Below, one piece after another: positions 1 through 12,575 of a DNA stretch of 43,906 bases. Position 1 is the first letter of the stretch, and each line of letters starts with the position of its first letter. The DNA comes from Albugo candida. Taxonomy: Eukaryota. The notes beneath the pieces are model-generated. The model was not told where the DNA came from and ran no database searches. It saw only the letters and a program-made list of their open reading frames with translations. A program made the position numbers and the translations under genes. The stretch is taken from positions 1,054,001 through 1,097,906 of the forward strand of contig JBDOQK010000001.1 of NCBI GenBank assembly GCA_040437565.1, given 5' to 3'.

Positions 1-148
1 TACAACTAGACGGTGATTATGACGCTTGATTATCCGAACTGTATTCGAATGATCGAAAGCATGCAGCTTATTAATGGAATTGGCTGGTCACCGGAATTGA
101 ATTTACTTCGACATATATACATGCATGATCTTTATTGCAAAAATATTA

Positions 149-3100
149 TCAAAAAATCACTCCGTTGTATGCGATTCTCGCCTGTGCGTTCTGGTTGTTA
201 AGCGCGAAACGAGATGCGGACAAAGACTGCTCACTATTGTGAAAGCTGGATGATTGTGTTGGATACAGTAAAGTGGGAAGTTCATTGCTAACTTGGGTTT
301 GGTAGTACCCTAGCTCGTAGCTTGATTGAATTGGATGGTGAGTTTCATGTTCAAAATTGTGGTGAGCGTCATAAGGATACGGTTGATTCGAGTGATAGTC
401 AAACGTAAATGTATCTTGCGCGTCCTTTTGCAACACATTTTGTGATTCACTCTGACAATGTGGCAGTGCTACGTAGGGACAAAAGCATGATGCCGAGGAG
501 GCAGTCAAGTCTTTATAATATCTTTGGTAATGAGCATTTTGAGATTGATAATGATTGATCATATGTAAGCCAATTTGTGCGTTTTGACCATGTCTCGCAA
601 GATTGCCATGCTGTTCAATATGAGTGCTGAAAGATTCTGGTTTTCCACGATTCGGTCCGTGACTCACAAAAACAAGAGGACGATATGATTCGTGCTTGTC
701 AAGAAGGCTTGAGTTCTGGAAACGTGCAATCATTGCTTTTTTTCCTTGTAGTCTGGCGTATGAAATCGCACAAACTTTTTCGCTGTTAAAGTTTGACCAC
801 TTTTGCTGGTTGAATTCCTGGTGAAAAGAAATAATCGCACTCGGTTCCATAAAGTTCAAAAATGCGTAGCCCATATTACATTTGTTTTTGAAATCAATCG
901 GCAGATAAAAAAAGTCGTATCGTCCATGGTGATGACGATTGATTTCGTTCAACAGCATTTGCTGCGTGTATTTGTTGGGAATATTTCGGATCATCAACGT
1001 CGTACGGCAGTCCACACCTGAAATGACGTTTTCAATTAATAAGCAGAATTCGTTCACTCCATTTGACGCGTTTCGATTCTGTAAATTTCCAAGAACCTGC
1101 ACGTTTGTATATGCAGCTGAAGTGCTTTTGTTTACCGATCGCGGATCTACGTGGCATAGGGAGCTATGCATGCTAGAATATGCTACATGGCTCGGATATG
1201 ACAGAAGATCATAGCCATTTTCATGCCTCCGGTAGTCGGCACCATGACAAGCACTTGTCGGCTGAGCTTGGTTTATTGATTCTATGAAGGGACAAATTTT
1301 GCTTTTAGCCTCAATTGAAGTATGTTGTGGTCTCTGTGCAGGCTCGAATTTGCCTTCATGTGCTGGAAGCTTGTCTCCTCGACGAGGTGATGACTTCGAC
1401 GCTTGATTTGTTGGACAAGTTTGTGGTGCTGTAGTGCCCTTGCAGTTGGTTGTTTCATTAGTTTGAGTTGCAGTCACCAGTAGGTCGGCTGATGGAGCCT
1501 GCAAATCAGCCACCGTAGGTAAGATTTCTGCGTTTTTCATGGGTACCGGAGCTGTGTCAACTTCATCCTGACAGTTTAATGAGGAATTACGAAGCTTCTT
1601 TAAATGAGCAGAGAAAGCAATGATCTTGTTCTCATCAAATAATGGAGAAGCCGTCCGTGTTGCTACGATTGATCCAGTTGGATGCAATGAGAGATTTAAG
1701 TTTCGTACTGCGTTTTGAACATCTCGAGCATCATTGTATTCAACTATGTAGCTATTGCACAACGTTGTTTCTGGTTGAGAGAATATCCTGGTAACCTCTC
1801 CGAATTGAGAACACACTCTACCTACTTCATGTAATGAGTGTGAAAGTGATTTCGCTTTTGACAGCTGAACCAAAACCGTAGCACTATTCCTTTCATCGAT
1901 AACCTCGTAAGGTCGACTGAAATGTACTTTAGTCTTTTTGAACGCATCGCGTATGGCTGATGTCGGTTGTTTGCTCGGTGGCATCCGTGAGGGCATGCTT
2001 CCCAGATTATCCCACATCTTTGCCGCTCTAATAGCGGTTTTGATTTCATAGAATGTACAAAAGATCAGTCCCTGGTCACTAAATTCAGTTCGTAATCTTG
2101 CTACATCTCCAAAGCACTACAATGTGAAGCTTGAGTTTAGAGTTTGAAAAGAGAAAAGGATGTCAACGCACGTTCAGACTATTGACCAAATACTCCAGTA
2201 TCGCTGTTGCAAAAAAACCGTCTTGCGCCTCGAGCATTATGTGGTGGGATGCGATCTTGCTGGCCAGCGAATGAGCCAGGTCGAGAATATTTGTCGAGTC
2301 CTCTGAGCTGGCATTTGCCGTGTTCCATATCGACGGTTTCAAATAATCTTTTATGGTACAATATTTGTTGTCGGGATTTGTATTTTGTGAAGGTAACGTT
2401 GGAGAAGCATTGATTCTATCTGAATAAGGCGGGGGAAGAATATTGCCCAAGTCACAGGATTCCTACACCCAGACCAAATATTGGAAAAGGCACAAAAAAT
2501 CCGGCAACATAACAGTACGTACATCATCTATCCCTGGTGTTGAAGCGATGGGAGGTAGAGAAAAGGAAGATGACAGGGGAGTAATCAGTTTTTCTGCGTC
2601 AGTAAGCTGCTCTGTAAACTGAGAAGTATCTGATTTTGTAACTGTTGGGATCCTAGCGTTCCCATCAAGAACGGAACAGTGCTGCCAGGAAAGATCAAAC
2701 TGATCGCATGAGCTTTTGAACGGTTTCTGTGAGATCGAATGATTCCAATTGTTTATTTCACTCAAGAAGCTTGTACCAGTCTTTTGATCGTGAACGTCCT
2801 TCTCGAATGATACCTTGGGTATTGCCTCAACTTTCCAACTAGGAATTCGAGATGTCAAAAGCGTCGAATCTCTTCTCACACCTCGATTGACACTAGTTTG
2901 AGTAATCTGATCTGATACAGCAAAGTTGGCTACTCGTGAAGCAAGCTTGCTGTCGCAGCAGTAATCCTCCATCTGATTCGTATAGCCCTGAAACTCTTCT
3001 TCCGCAACAAACCGATGCATATCTTGATTGGAATCAGTAGGGATCGACCCCGTCAGATCAATGCGAGCTTCGGTAATTCTAGTACGTCGAATAAAATCGA

Positions 3101-3353
3101 CATGATAGCTTTTTGCTGCAAATGCTTTATCGCTGCTGGCTACACTTTCAAACTTCCAGAGTTGGGGATTTTCTTTTGCGCAACTGTTTACGCCACTTTC
3201 GCTGAAGAGATTTTCCGAACTGGCATTGTTTTCCTGTAGTCTTGTCACCCGAGTGTGTTTCGCTGTAGTTGCAAACGGAGTACAGACGGAACTATCCACT
3301 TTTTTATTATCTTTACCAGCACAATCGTGAAATGTAAATTGACCTTCTGCCAT
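149..3353 (-). CDS. MEI2: Mei2-like RNA-binding protein (RRM domains plus C-terminal Mei2-type RRM3), 3 exons, ~1029 aa
   Basis: Exons 3353-2523, 2462-2172 and 2116-149 join in frame through GT-AG introns of 60 and 55 nt. The spliced product restores the RRM1-like segment CFGDVARLRTEFSDQGLIFCTFYEIKTAIRAAK. The C-terminal motif RTTLMIRNIPNKYTQ...YDFFYLPIDFKNKCNMGYAFLNF...SEKVCAISYARLQGK is diagnostic of the Mei2/AML RRM3. Confidence 0.9.
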
Positions 3354-3953
3354 CGTGCACGAGTAGATTCAATTCAATCTATAAGAAACTTTACGTTGAG
3401 ATTGCAGAAAATAATTATGAAGAACGGTCGTTCTTCAATCGCCAAGTCGAGTGGAATAAAACATAATGAATTGCAAAGATCTCAGTGCGGTGAACCGACG
3501 CAACAGGTGTCAATAGCCGCCGCATAAAAATGGTCCTCGTTAATTGGTTGCATACCATAGATACAGAAAATTTCTCTTTTGTCAAGTGACGAGGTTGTAC
3601 CTGGCTAAAACTCTTTTGAGGTGACGATATGGCGTTTAAAAATCTTTCGTGCGGCTGGTCAAATGCCACTACAGTTTTACAAGAGTCAAATCCTACGGTT
3701 TTGGCCACTGAGATAGAGTCAAGGTGTAACGTCGTCATACGAGTCGACAGATACTGTAACACGATCGTACAAAACTGACACGAACGGCCCATTTTCATAC
3801 ACGAACGCGCGTTCGGCATCAGCCTCGACTCACAAAGTCCACTGTATGTATCATATGTATCATACAGCTTTAGAATGACCATTCAAGCACGTTTTTGTGG
3901 CTATGATCCACGCTATACGACCCAACATAAAGCATAATATCATGTGAAATGTG

Positions 3954-5933
3954 TTACTCTCTATTGTTGTCATATCGAAATGTGCAGACCACCCACGACT
4001 TATGATGATCTTCGTCATCGAGCTGGAAAACGCTGGATACTAGTGGCATGGAGTTTTTAATAGCCTTATCTAGTTTTTTCAGAGAGCTCGTTTGATCTTG
4101 ATCGCTTATCACAAACTGAGACTCGGTAGTAAGTGGTAAAATATATGAAAACCCCTCGTTGCGCAACAAATCCCACAGCGTAATTGGTGATGCAACTCTG
4201 ATTTGGTCAATACATTGATCCTGCTGTTTGCTGTGAACCACTTTGGTCTGCAACAACCATGGGCCGAACGTATACTCCTGATCAAGAGAAACTGTTGTGC
4301 CAATCCTAGCATGAGCTTCTGATCTAGGTGGGAAGAAACGATCTCGGAAAATGATGAGACAGCATTCTTCCGTAAGAAAAGAGCGATTCTTTTTTTTAAG
4401 AGTGATCCAAGATCCTTTGCCTTTATGCTCACGTACTTTGATCATCAGTTCTCGAATTGGTTTTTCTCGGATCATGTGGTCTCCCATCTTAAAATGGCAA
4501 ATCTGCCGTAGTATTTCTTTCCAAATAAAATAGGGTTGATTTGCTAGAAGCGTGCAGCTAAACCATACAGCAACACTGCTGGAATGCACACTGGACATGA
4601 TAGGTCTCATTATGTTTTCCTGAATGAGTTCGCTGCACTGAGTGGACTCTGTCCCAAGATTCGAGATATTCTGCAGAAAACCATCGCCATACATATCTTT
4701 TAGAAGAGGCATGAGCTGATTACGTAGCTTCCCTCTTGTACTCCATGCTGGGGTCGTATCCTTGAAATACGGGATACCATAGCGATGAGCAAAGTCAAAG
4801 ATTGCAGACTTGTCAAATTGTAGCATTGGTCGCCAGATGACAACTCCGTTTGCGGCACTCGTCTCGCTCATTCCGTTCAGGTTCAAAAGACTTGAACCTT
4901 TCATCATGTTAGAAATGATATTTTCCTGCACATCTCCGCGATGGTGACCAAAACAAATGCCAGGTATACCATGTTTTTTAAGAATATCTCGATAGGTTGA
5001 ATAGCGTATGTCGCGAGCAACTTTTTCATATTCATCCCGTTTTGTTTCTCCTCGTGTCACTTCATCGATTGTTCGCGCATAAAATTGGATATCCAGTCGA
5101 TCGCACCACTCCTTCACGTATGTATGTTCTGCTGCACTCTCTGGGCGATTTGCATAATCAATGTGGATCGCAACTATACCATAATACTGAGATGACAGCC
5201 TCACTTTATGCAGTAAATAGGCAAGCACCATAGAATCAACACCACCAGATAGCGAAATAGCCACGTGAGTGTCGTTCAGAGCATTTTTGTTCACCAAGAA
5301 GGTCTTGATGGATTTGAAAAGTTCGGTCTCGTGCACACCACTTTCGTCTTTTTGGACAAGATGCCGTTCGAGGATATTATAAACCGCTGTATCTGATGAC
5401 TCAGTACCTTTCAGATGTAAAAGACGTTGCTGCGTGGTTCGCGAAAACTTGTCGAGTAATTCTCTCTCTGCATGCCCAAATACTTTTCGGTCTTCCACTT
5501 CCTTTAATAACGCTGTTAGACCTTCTGTGCAAGGTGAATGCCGAAGGGGCATCATTGCAAATACATAATGGGGTATCGCCATGTTTACATGCCACTTCTT
5601 CTCAATCAAATGTTTTACAAGTGTAATACTAATTTTATCATTTCTGGCAACAAGGTCGTCTCGATCACTTCTGTTCCGATAGATATGACGCGAAAATTGA
5701 TCCAGCACGATAATAAGAGCAAGGAGAGAAGGACGCGTGCTTTGCCACTCTACAAGTTGTCCACCTTGTGCTTGTTCTAACAAACCGAAAAATTGCCGCG
5801 TGACCTCCCCATCGACTTGCTTTTGAGTATGAGATTTATGTGGTGGAAACCATTTCATCTTGTAGTTCTCATTTTGGTCACCATCGAACCAGAAGGATAA
5901 TACCTGCTCTACCTGAATGCAGTCGATCATCAT
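3954..5933 (-). CDS. tilS: DUF924-TilS (tRNA(Ile)-lysidine synthase-like, PP-loop ATPase) fusion protein, intronless, ~659 aa
   Basis: First ATG is at 5933, with an in-frame TAG upstream at 5981-5979. The N-terminal part has DUF924-type motifs (VLSFWF...KWF...LALIIVLDQFSRHIYR...MPLRHS). The C-terminal part has TilS motifs: PP-loop SLSGGVDS, AIHIDYANRPES, ARDIRY, GHHRGDVQEN and WRPML. Confidence 0.82.
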   Translation of the reverse strand: MMIDCIQVEQVLSFWFDGDQNENYKMKWFPPHKSHTQKQVDGEVTRQFFGLLEQAQGGQLVEWQSTRPSLLALIIVLDQFSRHIYRNRSDRDDLVARNDKISITLVKHLIEKKWHVNMAIPHYVFAMMPLRHSPCTEGLTALLKEVEDRKVFGHAERELLDKFSRTTQQRLLHLKGTESSDTAVYNILERHLVQKDESGVHETELFKSIKTFLVNKNALNDTHVAISLSGGVDSMVLAYLLHKVRLSSQYYGIVAIHIDYANRPESAAEHTYVKEWCDRLDIQFYARTIDEVTRGETKRDEYEKVARDIRYSTYRDILKKHGIPGICFGHHRGDVQENIISNMMKGSSLLNLNGMSETSAANGVVIWRPMLQFDKSAIFDFAHRYGIPYFKDTTPAWSTRGKLRNQLMPLLKDMYGDGFLQNISNLGTESTQCSELIQENIMRPIMSSVHSSSVAVWFSCTLLANQPYFIWKEILRQICHFKMGDHMIREKPIRELMIKVREHKGKGSWITLKKKNRSFLTEECCLIIFRDRFFPPRSEAHARIGTTVSLDQEYTFGPWLLQTKVVHSKQQDQCIDQIRVASPITLWDLLRNEGFSYILPLTTESQFVISDQDQTSSLKKLDKAIKNSMPLVSSVFQLDDEDHHKSWVVCTFRYDNNRE

Positions 5934-5982
5934 AATTCTCAAATTTGATTGGCGTACATACAGTTCTCGCGACTGAGACTAA
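5934..5982. promoter_or_regulatory. Very short divergent intergenic spacer (putative bidirectional promoter) with a CCAAT box on the minus strand
   Basis: Only 49 bp separate the predicted ATGs. The spacer contains GATTGGC (5947-5953) and the near-palindromic CAGTTCTCGCGACTG. Confidence 0.4.
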
Positions 5983-7967
5983 ATGCAAGCTGAGGATTGC
6001 ATAATCCAAAAAGAATGGCTACAAAAGCTGCTGCATAACATGCGGAGTTCTCCTAGAGGATACTTGGACACATTGAGGTCACAAAAGGTGAGTGACACAT
6101 CTTAAGATATCTTGTTATTTTGATCCCCTCGTGTAGAATCTCGCATACTTGACAGCTTGGATAACAAAGATCGAATTGATTGAAAGAGACGAGGCTATTC
6201 TATCGGACATAGTTGACATTTGTAGGTGATCAGTAGTCTGTCAGCCCCGGTAATGTGACATCGGGGTCAAACGCAGTACTTTTGACTATAGAGTATCACG
6301 ACACCGCGGAATTTACCGAAGAAGAGTGCATACTAGTCAGAAGCGCTCGACAGTGGGCAGTCGATACAATTGTGTACATACAAAATCAAACAATTCTGGA
6401 TAAACCATTCTCGAAAGACCTTGCAGAGGCAGAAGCAGATTTGTGTCGCTTTACATGCGACTGGCGAGGAGAGGACATACTTGTGCTGAAAAAACGTTTG
6501 ATCAGAGAAAAGTTAAGAAAAACACTTGATACGAAGCATTTCATGCTTGATCAGACGAGTCAAGGCCACGTCACTGATATGTCAAAATATATAGCAGAGT
6601 TGTGTGACAGTTCTGACTTCATCGAATTCATGGAAATTTTGCTCATTCACAACCGGATCTTTCGTCTCGATGACATGTGTGTCAAGAGATTGGAAAATGT
6701 ACTACCCGGCCAAGTCGGACCTTCGTTGGAAGTATACAAACCAGTCGAACAACTGAGTTTGCACGCTCGAATACGTTACTGGTCCAATCACCCGGCCAGC
6801 TGGGTGCAGCAAGTGAGCTTCGTTGCTTGAAGGCTCTCAAGAAGAAAACTAATGTCATGTCGGTCAGTTAGATTATTGGTTGATTGAGAGTCACAAGCGC
6901 CTGTTTGTTGACGCAGCACATATTTGTTTCCCGGTATCATCATTTGAGGCACATTCAGCAGCCAAAGTGACAATCAAAAATGCACCTGAGAGCGCGCACT
7001 TATTTACCATCTTGTGGCTTCATATCACAAAATACTGGAAGCATTATATTGCAAGTGCACGCACACGTGATCTTTTAGAAATAGTGCAGACACAAATATG
7101 TGATATGTCTGCTCGACCCAGGGAGTTGTTTCGTCTCCAAGCACTACGATCTGAGAAGGAAACCCGAATGCTCTCCCAAGATAAATTACTGAATCTCTTG
7201 TCATCGGTATACAGCGAACTGGAAGGCGCAATGCATAGCCAACAAGTAGGTAAGTACGCCGATACGGGAGTATTTTGGATCGAGATCGCTCTGGATTCTT
7301 CCATTTTACATGCTTGTTTAAAAATGGTCCTTGCCAACGAATGCACCTTGAAAGCTTGTATTGAGTCTAATAAGTGCAACTTTAAAAGTCCTCAAAGAGT
7401 TCACAATGCAGCAACGACGATCATTAGCTTCTTTTATGCATCAAACTGGTGTAATGACGTATTTATCATGAGCCCATTTACACATTCGTCAGATCTCTTG
7501 CGAGAATTTATACCGACGATGATTGATTGTACACGATTGCAGAAAGCCAGAGAGTTCTTGTCTGATATCGAAAGAGCATCACCAAGAACAAAGCTGGTCA
7601 TACTACGACTTGGATGGATGTGGACGCTCGAAGAGATTTCGAGGACTGAAAGTATCACTACTACGGCGGTGACGAATATGCTTCAACGGATAAAAATGAT
7701 CTTTTGCGGTTTGACAGCTCAGTAAGTTAAGTTTTTTGTATCTGTCCGATTAAGTGATCGGTCTGAGTCGATTTGAATAGATTCAGAGCAGAAGTCTTGA
7801 CAGTATTCCTCCTCGATCTACGAATCGAGCTACAAAATTCCGGTAATGGATCACTTCGAATTTCTTACGACCAAATCTCGTCCTGGCTTCTTACCCTGGT
7901 CAGAGAAGCAGACCAAAGCAAGGAAGAGGAAATGATGCAGACACTCCTCTACTTCAAAAGTTTTTGA
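5983..7967 (+). CDS. Hypothetical protein, 5 exons, ~588 aa
   Basis: Exons 5983-6087, 6137-6221, 6277-6812, 6868-7721 and 7781-7967 join in frame through GT-AG introns of 49, 55, 55 and 59 nt. This links ORFs 6255..6830, 6880..7725 and 7773..7967. No family recognised. The start codon and exon 2 boundaries are less certain. Confidence 0.7.
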
Positions 7968-8149
7968 ATGACATGTAGCTGTAATATTGTATTAATCAGA
8001 TCACCTGCAGGAAATCGAATTTATTGATAAGTTCGTTTGTTCACTGCTGNNNNNNNNNNNNNNNNNNNNNNNNNNNNNNNNNNNNNNNNNNNNNNNNNNN
8101 NNNNNNNNNNNNNNNNNNNNNNNNNNNNNNNNNNNNNNNNNNNNNNNNN

Positions 8150-8814
<665 letters not shown>

Positions 8815-9430
8815 CACATGCCCTCCACAGTGTCGAGATAAACGCCTTGGAGCTGTTCATTTTATAATATCTCGGAATCATAGCGTCGGATTTGATTTGT
8901 TAGTAAACTACACAGGCATCTGCATCTTTATGCATACAAAAATAGCAAGTAGATCTCCATCAAATTTCCAACTTGAGTAATTATCTATGTGTGTTTCAGT
9001 GAAGTTCGTGTTCGCTTATTGAGTATAAGCAGAAGACTCGCGTTTTCTCTACGTGCTCAAATAATTGCACTACCATATCCACACTTGCATTTCTCCACAT
9101 AGCGATGTGACTATTCGAAACATAGTTTCCATAAGATAATTCTGGAAACATTATACCATTTTTCGAAAACCACTTCAAAGAACCGCGTCGATGAGAATTG
9201 CCCTGTTTTTTATTCCAGGTGCGCCTGCGCCACGAGTTAGATATATTTGCCTATACCTTCTGTATAGTGTAGCACAAGATGCAACCTGCAGTATTTTCAT
9301 ATCAAAAGTATTTTTTAGGCTTGACATTGACATTAGTATACCTTGCAAAGAACGGCAAGTACCACGTTTCCATATTGCTTTGTGCATCAAACAAATAACC
9401 TGCTTTAAATGATACTATTGAGATAGTAAG

Positions 9431-10468
9431 ATGCTGCCGGAGCTAAAAGATTGCCTCCAATTCGCCAACAATACAACACACGCAGACAAGATCTACAAGA
9501 CTATAGGTTACGGAAGCGGCTCACTTGGACATGTCTTATCTCATTTTCGAGCCGATCCTGACATTGTTGACGGGCTAAAAAAGCTTTCAAGCGCAATCAG
9601 CTTGGCGCGCTATGTGACACGAGTCACGGGCACCTTTCAGTCTTATGATGCTTTTCGTTGTGTCTCTTGGGCTTTGGATGATGATGATTCCTTAAACCGA
9701 CTAATAGCTAAAGCCCAGGCATTCACCATGATGCTTTATTACCCTTTGGAACATGTATCATACATCGGATTTATGTATGCAACATTCACTAGCTGATCGT
9801 ATACATGCTTGACTATCCAAATTCAATGCCCCAACGAATGAATTAGGGCGCCAAAGCTAATTCGAATTGATGCTGGGAAAATCTCTCGGCAGTCTTGCAT
9901 CGCATGGCTGATGTATATAATCTTGGATATGTACGCAAATCAACGAAGGTGCCTCCATTTTATTGCTTCTACGCGTCAAAGAAGTCAATTATTCCGATTG
10001 TAGGATTCGAAAACTTGCGTTAGAGGAATGCAGCATTCTCGAGGGCTCTGATGATACAGATCGTAAAGTGAGTACTAATATGTGTAAACTCAATCATTCG
10101 CACGCTTCAAAACACTTGTAGAAAAAACTCCCAGAGATTCGGACGAGGTACTCCTATAGCTTTTACGGTTGGATATTGAAGTGAGCGCTGAGTTATATTG
10201 TTGCAAGCAGGAAAAGCGAACTACATTACACACAACTCAGAAATGCTTGTCTCCTGCCCACTTGTTTGCACTGGTCCATACATGAAGGCGTGTTGCCAGG
10301 TGATGGAAAATACATGACGAAATTTTTCACATAAAATTTACTATTTCTTGTATTTCTGGTTGTACAGAATCAGTGGTGCAATACCTATGTTGTTTGGAAG
10401 CCTGTGTTGGGTTATGGCGCGCTTGGACAAATTCGACACGACAGTCAGAACGCGCTCAGCGTAGCTGA
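9431..10468 (+). CDS. PEX11: Peroxisomal membrane protein of the PEX11 family, 6 exons, ~241 aa
   Basis: Exons 9431-9774, 9847-9948, 10004-10067, 10122-10147, 10211-10299 and 10368-10468 splice in frame (all GT-AG). PEX11-like motifs: DKIYKTIGY, LSSAISLARYVTR, YYPLEHVSYI and RNACLLPTCLHWS. The length fits the family. Confidence 0.8.
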
Positions 10469-11506
10469 TTATGTTGTTCCTATGTAGCTAATCCACTCGT
10501 TACCTCCATGTGCTGGTTGAATCGTTGTTATCGCAAATACTCGTTTGAGAAATCAAAGATCGAGCCTGCTCAAACATGTCGGTACATTTGAACTCATATG
10601 TACGGCTATTCAGCGTACATGCAAGTAATTCAAAAACGTATCTATCCTCGCAATTGCTCAAATGTTTCGAAGTGATCGAAAGATCCCGCACGATTAATCG
10701 AGTCGCACTTGTTTTCGCAATACTGTGTACTTGTGTACAATTACCAATGGCATTAATTTGGTTACGGATGCACCAGGAGTTCTCAAATCAGGTATATTAC
10801 AGCTAGATTCTTTTCGTTCATAATGCCTCGATTCAATTTCCCTTCAGTGTGCTACCTGAAAAGTATTAGGACAAAAGCACAATCAGGAACCAAGAGAATC
10901 CAAGACAATTGATTATCTCCCGGTTCAACAAATATGCAGCAGTCCTTGAAATGTTCCTATGTATCCGTGCTACTATAGATTGTACAAGTTGCCGAAAAGT
11001 CTGCTTAATTTGACAACTTCCGTAGCAAAAATTGGTCATTTGNNNNNNNNNNNNNNNNNNNNNNNNNNNNNNNNNNNNNNNNNNNNNNNNNNNNNNNNNN
11101 NNNNNNNNNNNNNNNNNNNNNNNNNNNNNNNNNNNNNNNNNNGCACTACCATATCCACACTTGCATTTCTCCACATAGCGATGTGACTATTCGAAACATA
11201 GTTTCCATAAGATAATTCTGGAAACATTATACCATTTTTCGAAAACCACTTCAAAGAACCGCGTCGATGAGAATTGCCCTGTTTTTTATTCCAGGTGCGC
11301 CTGCGCCACGAGTTAGATATATTTGCCTATACCTTCTGTATAGTGTAGCACAAGATGCAACCTGCAGTATTTTCATATCAAAAGTATTTTTTAGGCTTGA
11401 CATTGACATTAGTATACCTTGCAAAGAACGGCAAGTACCACGTTTCCATATTGCTTTGTGCATCAAACAAATAACCTGCTTTAAATGATACTATTGAGAT
11501 AGTAAG

Positions 11507-12544
11507 ATGCTGCCGGAGCTAAAAGATTGCCTCCAATTCGCCAACAATACAACACACGCAGACAAGATCTACAAGACTATAGGTTACGGAAGCGGCTCAC
11601 TTGGACATGTCTTATCTCATTTTCGAGCCGATCCTGACATTGTTGACGGGCTAAAAAAGCTTTCAAGCGCAATCAGCTTGGCGCGCTATGTGACACGAGT
11701 CACGGGCACCTTTCAGTCTTATGATGCTTTTCGTTGTGTCTCTTGGGCTTTGGATGATGATGATTCCTTAAACCGACTAATAGCTAAAGCCCAGGCATTC
11801 ACCATGATGCTTTATTACCCTTTGGAACATGTATCATACATCGGATTTATGTATGCAACATTCACTAGCTGATCGTATACATGCTTGACTATCCAAATTC
11901 AATGCCCCAACGAATGAATTAGGGCGCCAAAGCTAATTCGAATTGATGCTGGGAAAATCTCTCGGCAGTCTTGCATCGCATGGCTGATGTATATAATCTT
12001 GGATATGTACGCAAATCAACGAAGGTGCCTCCATTTTATTGCTTCTACGCGTCAAAGAAGTCAATTATTCCGATTGTAGGATTCGAAAACTTGCGTTAGA
12101 GGAATGCAGCATTCTCGAGGGCTCTGATGATACAGATCGTAAAGTGAGTACTAATATGTGTAAACTCAATCATTCGCACGCTTCAAAACACTTGTAGAAA
12201 AAACTCCCAGAGATTCGGACGAGGTACTCCTATAGCTTTTACGGTTGGATATTGAAGTGAGCGCTGAGTTATATTGTTGCAAGCAGGAAAAGCGAACTAC
12301 ATTACACACAACTCAGAAATGCTTGTCTCCTGCCCACTTGTTTGCACTGGTCCATACATGAAGGCGTGTTGCCAGGTGATGGAAAATACATGACGAAATT
12401 TTTCACATAAAATTTACTATTTCTTGTATTTCTGGTTGTACAGAATCAGTGGTGCAATACCTATGTTGTTTGGAAGCCTGTGTTGGGTTATGGCGCGCTT
12501 GGACAAATTCGACACGACAGTCAGAACGCGCTCAGCGTAGCTGA
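11507..12544 (+). CDS. PEX11: Second, apparently identical PEX11 copy (probable assembly duplicate)
   Basis: Same sequence as 9431-10468 at an offset of 2076, inside the block duplicated across the gap at 11043-11142. Confidence 0.55.
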
Positions 12545-12575
12545 TTATGTTGTTCCTATGTAGCTAATCCACTCG

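Noticed and set aside
11507-12544. Tandem PEX11 gene duplication as a biological event
   Set aside because: The copies look identical including introns and flanks, and the breakpoints coincide with a 100-N gap. The same pattern occurs at four other gaps.
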